This document shows positions 48,736 through 61,500 of a DNA stretch of 64,000 nucleotides, one piece after another. The notes under the pieces were generated by a model. It saw only the letters and a program-made list of their open reading frames with translations. It was not told the origin of the DNA and did not search any database. The position numbers and the translations under genes are program-made. This stretch comes from Octopus vulgaris (Eukaryota): NCBI GenBank assembly GCA_951406725.2, contig OX597819.1:69378001-69442000 (forward strand). Direction: 5' to 3'. The stretch's first letter is position 1, and the number at the start of each line of letters is the position of its first letter.

Positions 48736-51054
48736 AACTAGACCACGGACCCTTAACTCGACACTGGGTAATATTGAAAGCAGCTCCCCCACCCCGACCC
48801 CGATCTACCGATCCTACGCCTCACTCACCAGATCTAAGATATTAAAATACATCATTGCGTATTACAATTTCTCATTTGTGACTAAACCAGATGTTGACAC
48901 AGATGTAAGTGACCGACAACAGGATTTGAACACCCAAGCTTTTATTTCGCTAAAATGTTGCTACATCGAGACCACGGTCAATGTTCTCATGAAACGGCGA
49001 AAACACGCGACAGATACAAACTTCACAAGTTTTTCAACAATATTTCTGTAATGTATAGAATATGATTTATCAGAAGCCTGCAAAAACCTGCAATGGTAAT
49101 GAAATGTTAATTAATAGCAAGAAAAGAATATTTACTTTGTTTTTTGATCATTTTTTCCTGCTTTCTTTTTTATTCATATATTTATAGTTGAGGGTACTAT
49201 CAAACACATTTTTTTGTCGTAACGCATAAAAATTGGAATTTTAAAAATCGGAATCATGTTTGAGAGTAACTCATCCATCTGCGTGTTTTCATGTTTCTGA
49301 AAGCATGATGAAACGAAGAGGAAAATTTTGGAAAATGTCAGCAAAAGAATTTGTATTATGTTGTTCAGTCTTTTGAAAAGAAAAAAATGTTTAATGAGTT
49401 TTCTTCTTTTGTACGCATGTGCATATTTGTGTGTCTGTACAAGTGTGTGTGTGTGTGTGTGCATGTATGTGTGTATGTATGTGCGCGCGCACTTCAATTT
49501 CTTTTTAAACTAGGAAATTTTTGTAGGTGATTTTGCATCCATTTATTTTTTTCTCAGCTTTTTTCTTAATTCAAGCATCGCCTCCTATAATTTTCCATTT
49601 GCACTCGATATTAAAAAAAGAAAGTATTTTGTTAAAAGAGTCTACGATCATAACTTCGATATCTAATAGAAGGTCGATGCCAAAAACAGCAACGTAGAGT
49701 CCAGTATATAGATTTTCTTACATACATTAGAATGAAGAAACGAAAAAATGGGATTTGAAACAAGACTTTCCGCTCTTCCAGTAATTCTGAAAATCCTACG
49801 TTCTCTGTTATACCATAATTTCTGATGAGCGTTCTATTAAACCTACACCAAAACGTTTCAAACATGAATTTTTAATTTTATTTTGTGGTTGATAAGAATC
49901 GAAACGGTGGCTTGTATATTTCGTCTTATATTCCGGCTGATTCCCTGCTGTGATTCTTCACGGGAGAACAACTTTTTTGTGACTAATGTATGTTCATAAG
50001 ACACTCGATTCATTAGTGAAATATGTTCGAAGATGCTGGAATGTATTACGAATAAATACACAAGTCAGAATTTTATAGCTATGTCACTTCATTTGATCTG
50101 TAATTACATGCGTAGCAATACAGATATGCCTCAGTCCGTCTAAACTCCCTGGATATCTCAATTGCGCTGATTACTTGAGATTCTTTCGATACTTGGAAAT
50201 CTATTTCTCTAAACTGTACATGTGATTTACTGCATGCAAATCATATAAGATCGGTTGATTTCTACCCTCCAAAATTTGGACGATCTTATCCTACCACAAG
50301 CTTTATATTTTTTTCATTAATTGCATTACTATTAAAGATGCCTCTTTAAATATGAACTGCTGATAGATCAATTCAGATACAGGATGATTTAAATTCAGTT
50401 TGTAAAAGAAAAGGTTAGAGCAAAATAAATTACCAAGTTCACCAGGAGAACGAGTATTTTTATGTGTTTGCCAGAACATCGTACCAGAGCCCGAATTACT
50501 CTGGCGTTGTAGCGAAAACATTATGTGTCTTGCTCGAGCCTATAACCGAATGTTGTCACACTTAATCTCTATTTTCAAGGCGTTTTGGCTGCGAGTATAA
50601 CACGCCTCCTTCATTGAGGATGCAAGTCTATCAAAGGGTTAACTCCCTACCCCATCGTGCCAGATGCCATTTGGGCAGAATGCATTGGAGCAACTTGAAA
50701 GTGGTCTAAATACGAATGGAATACCGTACTTTAAACTTTCTTAAGCGGAAACGCAGCGAAATCGCTGAGTAAAATCTTATTATTATTCTAAAATTTAAGC
50801 TAATTATATTTTAAACGAACATTTTTTAATACGTGAACTTTTTCTTGTACGAAAAGTATAAAACATACCTTGTGAAAACACACTATTTATACCTTAAAAC
50901 TGTTACATGAAAACATTTGTTATGTGAAAAGAGTTTGTGCCTTTATTTTCATATAAACAGTAACGTAATTATTTTCAGTGACAGCTGTTGCATTACAATA
51001 TGATTTATTATCATTATTTTAATTTATATATCATCTTCACCGGTTATGTTTTAA

Positions 51055-51245
51055 GATGGCAGCTGGCTAAATTCTTAGAAAGCTGGACAGACTTTACTTT
51101 TTAAATTCAAATTCCTCCGAAGAATTTGCTTTTTATCCCTTTCGAGGTCGGTAAAATAAGTAGCAGTTGAGTCCTGAGATCCATGTTATTGACTAGACTC
51201 TCTCTCAAATTTCAGGGCTTGTGCCTAGCGAAAAATGGATTATTT
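51055..51245 (+). mobile_element. Degenerate family A SINE
   Basis: gcagctggctaaattcttag...ttcaaattcc...ccctttcgaggtcggtaaaataagtagcagttgag. Confidence 0.7.
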
Positions 51246-52172
51246 TACTATAAGAGTCTTTGAAAAAACAAGCTGACAAAATCTTGATGAAAGGTGTTTT
51301 ATTTATGTACTTTCCAGAATTTTCTGATTCTCAAACCCACGTGTTAAATGTTATTCCGTATATAAGTTTTGTTTTTTTCATCCATGTTACTCACTTACCA
51401 CTCCCTCAAATTCCAGGTCTTGTGCCTATAAAATAAAGGATTAATTTAGTATATATAGATGCATAATTGAAATATTTACCTCCTATGACTGTACTTGTCC
51501 TGTCGTTACTTTCCGCCACTGAAAATTCAAAAATTAACGTACCACGATTTGAACTTGATGCGTAAATATAATAACCTTCAAACTGAAAGGCATTTTGTTA
51601 ACGTCTCTACTGCTACTAAATCCACCATCTTAATATCGAGTGACAATATTAAAACTATTTGCAACACAGTATTGTATAATTCCATCATTGTTACAAGTAC
51701 AATACCAACATATCAGATACACATGAAGACATGTTATGAAGATTAAGAATTGGCTTCAGGGAATATCTTCTCTGTTTTATCATTTCGTAACTTGCATAAC
51801 AATTAAATTAACTGCAGTGCAAAAGAAAATTTTAATAAATGAGATTCAACTTTCGCATGCAAAGTTGTAAACACTTCACTCGCTGAAGTTTTATGTAGCG
51901 TCAATATAACAATAGTTTATTTTATAATTTTCTTTTATTTCTTACATAATCACCGCAATTCCCCGGCAGATATGATCTTATTACGTTTTTGCTTGTTTTA
52001 ATCATTCGAGTGATGCCATTCTGGAGCACAGCCTTGAAGTCGGACAAATCGATCAAATCAACCATAGTACTGTCTCTTTTCCCCGAGTCACTAAATTATG
52101 GGGACACAAAAATTCAACACTCTTCAAAACTTGTACTAAGAATAAGGACAAGGTAAATTTTCTGCCTGATTT

Positions 52173-52345
52173 TATAGCAAATTGATGCAGGTAGATTATA
52201 CCGTCCTCCTCCGACTTTTAATCCATGCAAATGAAAAACCCGCATTATTTATGGGATGATCAAATACCTGTAGTATAACTATCTTTACAACGGATATGAA
52301 ATGCCTCTTCTAACCATCTACGATGCTATATGCAAGAAAGAATTT
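52173..52345 (+). pseudogene. Possible decayed C-type-lectin exon (C-terminal half)
   Basis: After the acceptor ttttatag: GRLYR...IILWDDQIPVV*, and later YDAICKK (W-x-D and terminal ICKK pattern). Confidence 0.25.
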
Positions 52346-52921
52346 CCTCACGACCAAGCAATAGGCATATGAGAATCAGAAATTATTTACACTTTTAAAA
52401 ATGAGGAATACTTCAAAACATTCCAACAAAAAAAATCAGCCCCATATATGCACAACATGCTATGTGTATAGTTATATACCATAGAGAACAAAAGTTGGGT
52501 AGCGTTGCAAGTATAAATTATTCCGCGAAAGTGAGTGTCTCTTGGAAAATTTGCGAAAGAGAAAATCTATGGAGGAATTACAACTCTTATATTGAGGTTA
52601 TAAAAGTTTATTTCTTCCTCTTATCATAGATAAACTTAGTGACGTAAAAACTGATTTGCATAGAAATCTAGAAATCCTTGTGTTTTCAGAAAAAGAATAG
52701 AGTGAACTGTTTCCAATTCTCCAAATTCAATCGGTCAAAGAAACAGTGAGAATTTTAAAGCATTTCAGGGATTAACCATTTCAGGTTATTGAGTGGGCGT
52801 GTGCACACAGAATCCTAGACATATGGAATAAATATGAACGGCGAAATATAGATACTAATGAAATAAGCAGTCAGATGTATTCTATCGTGATATGCACACT
52901 GCGAGTAGAATTTCACACACA

Positions 52922-52976
<55 letters not shown>

Positions 52977-53108
52977 GCGCACGAAGCCAATATATACACA
53001 TACACCCTTACATCAACCAATACAGATAACTACAGGTACTAAGAGTAACCTTGATTTCAACAAGGGAATCTTGCAATTTGTTAGGGACCGACTTGAATAC
53101 TGATATGA

Positions 53109-53139
<31 letters not shown>

Positions 53140-53145
<6 letters not shown>

Positions 53146-53355
53146 TCTTTATTGCCCACAAGGGGCTAAACATAGAAGGGACAAACAAAGACAGACAAAG
53201 GACAGTCAATTACATCGATCCCAGTGCGAAACTGGTACTTTATTTATCGACCCCGGAAGGATGAAAGGCAAAGTCGACCTCGGCGGAATTTGAACTTAGA
53301 ACGTAACGACAGACGAAACACTGCTAAGCATTCCACCCGGCGCGCTAACGTTTCT
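53140..53355 (-). mobile_element. Family A SINE missing its first ~10 nt
   Basis: ctggtactttatttatcgaccccggaaggatgaaaggcaaagtcgacctcggcggaatttgaac...cgcgctaacgtttctg. Confidence 0.9.
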
Positions 53356-53544
53356 GAAACAAATTCAGCCTGGTTTTTATCTGCTCCATTCTCTCATTTG
53401 GGATATTTAATCACATACCCAGCAACCCCAACAGCTAACCGTAGCTAAATATATATATATATAGCTGTTGGGGTTGCTGGGTATGTGATTAAATATCCCA
53501 AATGAGAGAATGGAGCAGATAAAAACCAGGCTGAATTTGTTTCA
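53355..53544. repeat. Perfect 83-bp inverted repeat with a 24-nt spacer
   Basis: 53355-53437 is the exact reverse complement of 53462-53544. Confidence 0.95.
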
Positions 53545-53709
53545 TACTTAACAGAACCTTGGAACTAGTAACTCTTCTAAACGAGAGGTAATCTGCTAGC
53601 TACCTGATGGACCATGTATATACGCTGATCTGCCTTTGCGTCTGTGTTTCTAAATTAGTAATTTTGTATAAATTCTAAGACTCGCACTGCCAAGCCTCTG
53701 TAAAGCAAT

Positions 53710-53890
53710 GAAAATCCGGTGTTGGGGTGTTTGTGTCCCTGTAACCTAGCGGTTCGGACTTATTGACCTATAGAATAAGCACCAGGTTTTAAAAGAATAA
53801 GTACTGGGTCCGATTCATTCGAATGAAAATTCTTCACGGTGGTCCCCAAGCATGGCCGCTGTATAATGATTGAAACAAACGTAGAATTGT
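53710..53890 (+). mobile_element. Family B SINE 3' half
   Basis: gtccctgtaacctagcggttcgg...ccccaagcatggccgc...gattgaaacaa. Confidence 0.7.
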
Positions 53891-54369
53891 ATTTTAATAC
53901 ATATTAACACAAATACATTTATCCATAGAGGCAGACGTACATACATGTGAATAAACATGTATGTAGATATACATGATGCATATGCATGCATGCATACATG
54001 TAGGCATGATTGCATATGCAGGCACATGTATGAATGTATTCAAACTAGAATAAATGTATATAAAAATTCATACAAAAATACATATAAAAATTCATACAAT
54101 CATATTGCCACTAACAGGAAACTAATTTGAAAGGACTTTTTATGACACATTTTGTTTAAATCGTATAAAAGAATTTGTACAATATCTCAACTAGTTTTAT
54201 TTACTAAATTTCTGTCAAGCAGTTCTTCACTTCTAAGATTTTATTTCACTAATTCTAATACACTACTTTGCTTAATTAAATTCGTCGTCTCCAGAGTCTG
54301 GAGAAAGATTCCGAAATTTTATTGAATTCTCTGTTAACACCTTCATTTATTTGCATTTTATTGGCGATA

Positions 54370-54382
54370 GACATATATGTGA

Positions 54383-54437
<55 letters not shown>

Positions 54438-54440
54438 GAC

Positions 54441-54479
<39 letters not shown>

Positions 54480-54480
54480 C

Positions 54481-54520
<40 letters not shown>

Positions 54521-54523
54521 GTC

Positions 54524-54559
<36 letters not shown>

Positions 54560-54660
54560 CCACAGACAGATATATATATATATATATATGTATACATACA
54601 CACACATATGTATGTATATATATATAGATATATATGTATATATACACACACAGATGTATG

Positions 54661-54717
<57 letters not shown>

Positions 54718-54782
54718 ACATATATGCATACATACATACATACATACATACATACACACAGACAGTGTGTGTGTGTGTGTGT
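54370..54782. repeat. Compound microsatellite with repeated (TA)n-cacagacaga units
   Basis: Directly visible. Confidence 0.95.
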
Positions 54783-55759
54783 TGTTTTCATACAGTAAGT
54801 TATTGTTTTCTTGTTTTTCTAGGTTATTATTTTATTATCTTAAGAATAGACATTTTTACGATTGTGCCCTTCCCAGGTCTTTTACACTTAACAATTACCC
54901 CCAATAAAGAAGTATAGAAAAGAAAATGTTTTAACAAGAATGCACCAAAAACATGATGGAACGATAAACAAGATTTTTCAATTTGTGTTTTCTTATGGTT
55001 TTTTATTATCGTTTGTGAAGATTGACAAAATATCTGTCCGTTAATTTCATAATACTGTCTTCTGTTGACATTATTTTCTGTTGTGAAACAATAATTCTAT
55101 GCATTCTTCGACAAAACTGCCCTATTTTACAGCGGCTTAATTGATTTTTATAACAATTATTTCTGTTAAGCTAGTTTTACTCTATTCATCCGTTGAGAGA
55201 CGTTTTCATTTCCTTATGACACTAATTCTAAGGAAAACCCACGCGCACAGACACACACTCGCACATACACACGCACACATACAAAAACACCTTCATGTGC
55301 ACACGCACTGTGTGTGTATGCATATGTATGTGTGGATGCGTGGTTCTTCGGGTGTATGCGTGTGATTGTTTCTTCATCATACTATTTATATAGATATACA
55401 AACAATTTAAGGTGGTGTTGAAGAAATGCTCAAAACGTTTTGGTAGAGTACGTGTTTATTAACCATTTATGAGTGCTTTGACGGTGACTTCGAAGTTTTG
55501 GCTTATGCATGTATGTACTTACATGTATATGCTTGTATATACGTGTATAAGTGTGTGTGTCTGTGTATGAGTGTGTGTACATATATTCATTTTTACCCGA
55601 TAATGGAATGTCTTTTAGCGACTGGTTCAGCTTTGGTTTTCGATTCCAAGGATTTCCACACCGTTAGTGCTTACAAGTGAAGGAACTAAATAATAACAGT
55701 TCAGTACTGTCCAAAAAACCCTGTGTAGGAAACTAGTAAGTCCCAAGTATATACAAAGC

Positions 55760-56135
55760 AACTATGCGTGGCACTCCGTCGGTTACGATGACGAGGGTTC
55801 CAGTTGATCCGATCAACGGAACAGCCCGATCGTGAAATTAACGTGCAAGTGGCTGAGCACTCCACAGAGACGTGTACACATAACGTAGTTCTCGGGAAGA
55901 TTCAGCGTGACACGGAGTGTGAACAGGCTGGCCCTTTGAGATACAGGAAGAAAGAGTGAGAGAAAGTTGTGGTAAAAGAATATTACAGGGTTCACTAACA
56001 CGCCCTGTCGGAGTTCGTGGAGCTTTAGGTGTTTTCGCTCAATAAACACTCACAAGGCCCGGTTTGGGAATCGAAACCGGAATCCTCCGATCGCGAGTAC
56101 GCTGCCCTAATCACTAGGCCATTGTGCCTCCACAC
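55760..56135 (-). mobile_element. Family C SINE, near full length
   Basis: Minus head ggaggcacaatggcctagtgattagggcagc...ggtttcgattccc. Body shared with 5965-6262. Confidence 0.88.
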
Positions 56136-56439
56136 AGCATGTATACAATATAACGTATAAGTATATGTATATCAATATACGAGAAAAAGGGTTTCTTCAA
56201 TTTCACATTAAGAGTTTCTTAATGATCCTATTGTAATCCTTAGAAACTTCGATTATTTGTTAGTCACCATGCAACTCACCTGAGTTCTGGCCATAAGAAT
56301 TGGAATTTTTTTTATTAATCATAAAAGTAGAACAGAGAGGAGACAGCACAATGTGTCGGGGTGTATTCGCCAACGAATGATAAACGTTATTTATACAAAT
56401 TTATGAAAGAATTATATTATGTAATGATGATGATGATGA

Positions 56440-57000
56440 AATGATGAACGGGTGCCACCCTACAAGCCATGTTTCGCCACTGGACCTTTTCAGAAAGTTT
56501 ATGTCATCCCTTATGTAGGCGCTTTCACTCTCAACGTGCAAGTCACTTCTATAAAGATTGTTCTTATATGTAAATTCAAACTTTTCCTGAGAAGGACCGC
56601 AACACCCCGTTCTTGCCTATAAGAGAGGGTATGGAAAAGAGATTCAAAATCTGGCAGTCCAAGAAGAAGGCAGAGGCCGTAGAAAGCCTCTTTATTCGTG
56701 GAAGCACTATAGCATACTTGGTTCTCGGAAAAGGTTACGGAGATTATCAGATTAATTGTAATGAAAGCATTGAGAATAGTGACTGCGCTGAGCAATAGCA
56801 GATATACATTGTGCATTGAAACAAAGCAGAGAGGGAGGCCTTATTCTAAAATTTGCGACTAGGAATAAATGTCTCAATGTCAATCTGTACCTTTGCTGCG
56901 AATTCCTATGCAGCAGCTGAGGCAGCTTTCCTAAAGCCAGAGTTCAAAGGAACCGTTGGAAGAAAAGAACGAAAACTGACCCGGTCAGCCTTTTTCAGGT
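56440..57000 (-). mobile_element. CR1/Crack-like LINE ORF2 remnant, internally deleted
   Basis: [15 protein letters not shown]...IETFIPSRKF..FNAQCISAIAQRSHY (endonuclease-RT linker), then AYIRDDINF/EKVQWR (resembles PY..DI..LEKVQRR), then a (CAT)n tail. Confidence 0.6.
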
Positions 57001-57432
57001 TGAATATCTTGGCAGTGCTTCGCAAACCGCTCAGGCAAGCGGAGTCCCATTTTACCGATGTACGGAGGAGGACAGAAAGAGCAGATGATGCAGTAAATGA
57101 TAGTGCTAGAAATGCAGGTAAAGGAGTCAGGAATATGATATGGACAATGATGGGTGCCTGTGAGGATGGTGGTGTTGGAGAAGTAGGGAGAAATGCGGCA
57201 GCCTCTGCGGGAGCAGGGGAACGAACCAGGCTGTGAGGTTGGGTTAGGGATGAAACTATGGACCAGGAGATCACGTAGGTTGTGGGCTCGTTTGAAGGAG
57301 AGGGATAGGTTGGGGAAGATTGTGAAGTGGAGGGGTCGGACTGGAATCGCTGGAAAGCTCGGAAATGGTGCGTTGGAGGGGTGGTAGGTGAGGGGAAACT
57401 TGAGACGAGCAACGACAGGGCGGTTGCGAGGA
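57000..57432 (-). mobile_element. Penelope-like element fragment (RT thumb-linker and GIY-YIG)
   Basis: [61 protein letters not shown]. Confidence 0.9.
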
Positions 57433-57434
57433 GA

Positions 57435-57469
57435 GAGATAGATAGATAGGTAGATAGAGATAGAGATAA

Positions 57470-57506
<37 letters not shown>

Positions 57507-57519
57507 TAGACAGACAGAC

Positions 57520-57616
<97 letters not shown>
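57435..57616. repeat. (GATA)n/(GACA)n
   Basis: Directly visible. Confidence 0.98.
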
Positions 57617-57639
57617 CCTTTCCCTGTATCATATTTAGA

Positions 57640-58880
57640 TGAGCTTTTATGCTTATCTTACTAAAGTGGACTCATTTTTGAGGTATCTTTTAAAAAGTTC
57701 AGAAGAACAGGAAGAAAGGAAGGAGAAATTTGGTGCAGTTCGAGTCCCAATCATCTAGATATCGTGTGCCTGTAGAAGAAGCCCCACTTGGCCAGCAGAA
57801 ACGGAATGCCACTCTAGGAGCAGATTGTTCGTCGGTACCAGTTTCTCGGGAAATCAATTAAGGGAGAGAGTGGCAGAATTATCAAGAGAGGTGACTCTAC
57901 CGTAGAGAGATAAACTGAATTGTCCAATCGTTTCCAAGCCAGCATTACGGTCCATGTTCAAAAAGACCTTCGTTTGTATGTCAAATGCACCAAGAAAGGT
58001 CAATTTGAGGCATTAAAAGACCTGTTCGATATCACCAAAGTCCACTGTAAAATGTCTCCTAGCTGATGACAAAAAACTATGCCCCATCCAACTCCAAAGC
58101 AAGCGAGAAATGGGCTATTCGACAGGCAAAAATGCAAGCAAACACATTATCCACTCTTCCAAGAGAAGATGCTCTGACACTGAAGCCTCTCGTATTTTTT
58201 GAAACCCAACACTGGATACTGACAGTGACTCTGAAAAAGAAGAGCTTGAAGAGTACAGTTATGGTGAAGATGACTGAGTTGCTCAAAATGATAGAGATAG
58301 TGATGGCACTTATTCCTTCACAATAAAGGAACAACAAATTTGCAATTGATACGAGACTTGTAAGTGGAACAGACGTCTCTACTAAAAATCCAAGCTCTGA
58401 GTCACCAAGGCATTTCCAAGCCACTCTTCAAGAAAGATGGTGAAATGTAGAAACACTTGATCCATACGCTGCGCAATCAGCAATGGAGCCTGCATACCGA
58501 TGGTAAACATATTGACGGAAATGAATATCAAGAATGAAACCAGTGAAATGAAGCCGACTTCTTTCAAGCCGTATGATGGCAACGCTGAGACCATTGCAAA
58601 AGGATTGAAAAGCGCCTTGGACGAATTTCGCTTGTGGGGTGCAATGTCAATGATTATTTCTGATACGATGAGTGTGAATACAAGACGAAAGAGTTGGGTA
58701 GTGGTTAGACTGCAGAGAACTTTCTTGAGCAAAGGCTATGATGAGCCACAGTTAGTGAGACTAAATGTCTAGAGCTGAACGTTATGCAGAGCTATTGCAA
58801 GAGTTACTACCCTACAAGATTGCTTTGAAATACTTGACAAATCACTGAAAGCGAGAGCAATGGCGTACAAAGTTTTATGA
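57640..58880 (+). mobile_element. Degraded DDE transposase remnant, probably hAT/hATm-like
   Basis: DGNAETIAKGLKSALDEFRLWGAMSMIISDTMSVNTRRKSWVVVRLQ resembles the DTTxxNTG block. Many frameshifts. Confidence 0.55.
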
Positions 58881-59261
58881 TATCTGGACTTGTATTTATT
58901 AATGAAAACGATTAAAAGCAATTTTAATTTGTCATTTCTCGACGCAAAAAAAGGAACATGGCTTCCGTGACGTCAACACATATACAGAATACACACACAT
59001 ATAATGAATGTCATGGCATGTCAATCAACACAAACACACCTCCGCTATCTTTGACGTACACAAACATAGTCTTCGCGCGCTCTAAGTAAAAAAAAAAAAA
59101 ACTTTGACTTTTTGATGTAAACCATATTTTAATCATTTAGAAACATTTTTAATTGAATGCGATTTCAAAAATTTAAGTTGTCTGTACAGTGACTATTTAT
59201 ATTTTAGCTTTCTTTAAACAGACAATATTTTAAGTTTTTTTAAAATTATTTTCAAGTGAAT

Positions 59262-59737
59262 GGTGATCTTTCGCTTGTCATCCGGAGTGCGTTAATTTCC
59301 GTAATTTTTTTTATTTGTTTACATTTGCTTTAAAGTGAAAGAGAGGAGAAAGCGAAAGATGTATGTACGTGTATATGAAATGGACGTGTGTGTGAAAGAG
59401 AGAGTGAGGGGGATAGAGAGAGTGAGTGAAGGGATGTGTTGTCATGTATACGTACATACATCAATACATATGCGTACACCTTTAATGTATGTACGTGTGT
59501 GTGTGTGTGTGTGTGCAAGAGAGAGAATAAGTGAGTTAACGTGTGTGTTCTTATGTGTGTAAGTCTCTCTTTCTCTCTCTCACTCACACACACACACACG
59601 TCCATTTCATACATCTTTCACTTTCTCCTCGCCTTCACTTTAAAACGAAGGTAAATAAATAAAAAATTTTACAGAAATTAACGAAAAGAAACAGCTGATC
59701 TGAATAACAGTTCTGAGAGTCAAAGCGAAAGATCGCC
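59262..59737. mobile_element. Fold-back MITE-like element with long imperfect arms
   Basis: Ends ggtgatctttcgctt and aagcgaaagatcgcc. Inner arms aaagtgaa..gaggagaaag..aagatgtatg..gaaatggacgtgtgtg versus cacacgtccatttcatacatctttcactttctcctc..ttcacttt. Confidence 0.8.
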
Positions 59738-59798
59738 CCAAGGGAATACCATTACAAAACATTTTTTCAAGTGCACTCAACGTCTCCCAGCTCCAAAG

Positions 59799-59909
59799 AT
59801 TTGGCTGCTATTTCTAGCACGCCTTGCTACCATGTAACAGCTATTTGCGATAAAGGACCCGAAATACCTGTTACGTGGTAGCAGAGTGTGCAAGTAATAG
59901 CAGCCAAAT
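59799..59909. repeat. Short palindromic element (~48-bp arms)
   Basis: atttggctgctatttctagcac..tgctaccatgtaacagctattt versus aaatacctgttacgtggtagca..gtaatagcagccaaat. Confidence 0.85.
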
Positions 59910-60874
59910 TTTTCCGTTAATGGGGAAATGAGCTATTTACGCTACGCGTGATTTCGATGTTATATTCATTGAAAGCATGCGAAATAACTTGGAAAAGATT
60001 AAAAAATCACGAAACAAAATTCCGTTGCTGGGAAACTCAGACTTTCCAGGTGACCCAATGGGTCACGGGTAGTCTAGTCAAAACTAAACATCAGCAGGAA
60101 CAATCAGTGCTGAGAGCGAGGAATTATGGCCATGCAAGAACTGTACGCCACATACAAGAACAAAGTCAACCTGCCATTGCGTTTCATTCTCTCTAATGAC
60201 TTGCCACATCTTGACTATTGACTAATTTGACTTTATATGACATAAACTTCTTTTCATTGTTCTGGAATGCAGTATACAGTTCTTTTGACAGTTATAGATT
60301 GAACTATTTGGATCCCCCCTTTTAACATTCAATTAGGGTTCTAGTTTTTGGAGATCCACCTAAATACAATGAGTATAATGATTTAAAGTTTAGTCATGGG
60401 TGAACTTTTTTGATCAGCTACGAAAAAAAACTTTGATTTTCAGTGTTTTCTAGCAAAAGCTCCTCACAATACAATACAGAACAATGGAGTTGCAAAAAAG
60501 TTGTACATACATCCGGACGTCTCTTATCTTCTTTCTATCAACACCTCAAAATTAAGATTTCTTCCCTGAAGACGGAAGCTTGTATAATCCGAAGTTGGAA
60601 TCAACTTACAATCATTATTTTGGACCACCGAACCCCCAGAAATAGCGGTTTGGTTTGTAATAGTCTACTTCAGAACCTTTAATTCTTGATATCATTTCTA
60701 TTCGATGTAAATCGAACCGTTTTTCTGTGTAAACATATGTCCTTTTTTTAATATATAATGTATTTAATATTGTTTGAATATTACCTTGCTTATCTTTACA
60801 TTTACTCCTCCACCTGCTCAAGTTTAAACATCTTGAGCACTATGAAGTGAATTTTATACGGAGAATATCTACAA

Positions 60875-61500
60875 ACATACATACATGCACGCATATATAC
60901 ATACATACATATATACAGACATGCATACATACATATATACACATACGTACATACATGGTTACATACATACATGCATACATACATATATACACATACATGC
61001 ATATATATATACACGCATTCATACATACATACATATATACACATACATGCATACATACATACATACATGCATACATATATACACGCATTCATATATACAT
61101 ACATATATACACATACATGCATACATACATACAAACAAGCATATATACATACATATATTCATACGTAATACATACATATATACATACATAATACATACAT
61201 AAAAAATACATACATATATACATACATGCATGCATGTATACATACATATAGACATACATACATGCATACATGTATACATACATATATACACACATATATT
61301 CAAACATACATACATACGTACGTACGTACATACATACCTATAAACATACATACATATATACATATATTCATACATACATACGTACGTACATACATACATA
61401 CATACGTACGTTCATACATACATACATATATACATACATACGGACACAGACAAAAATAGATACATTCATCCATACATGCACAAGAAAAATCTATATACAT
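60875..61500. repeat. (TACA)n-like degenerate microsatellite
   Basis: Directly visible. Confidence 0.92.

Noticed and set aside
49640-50700. Unique-looking stretch with FEDAGMYY and CVCQN motifs
   Set aside because: The motifs are too short and interrupted to support a domain call without a search.
56468-56493. Hammerhead-like ctgaaaaggtccagtggcgaaacatg on the minus strand
   Set aside because: The core is CTGAAAA with poor stems, and the sequence is better explained as CR1 coding sequence (EKVQWR).
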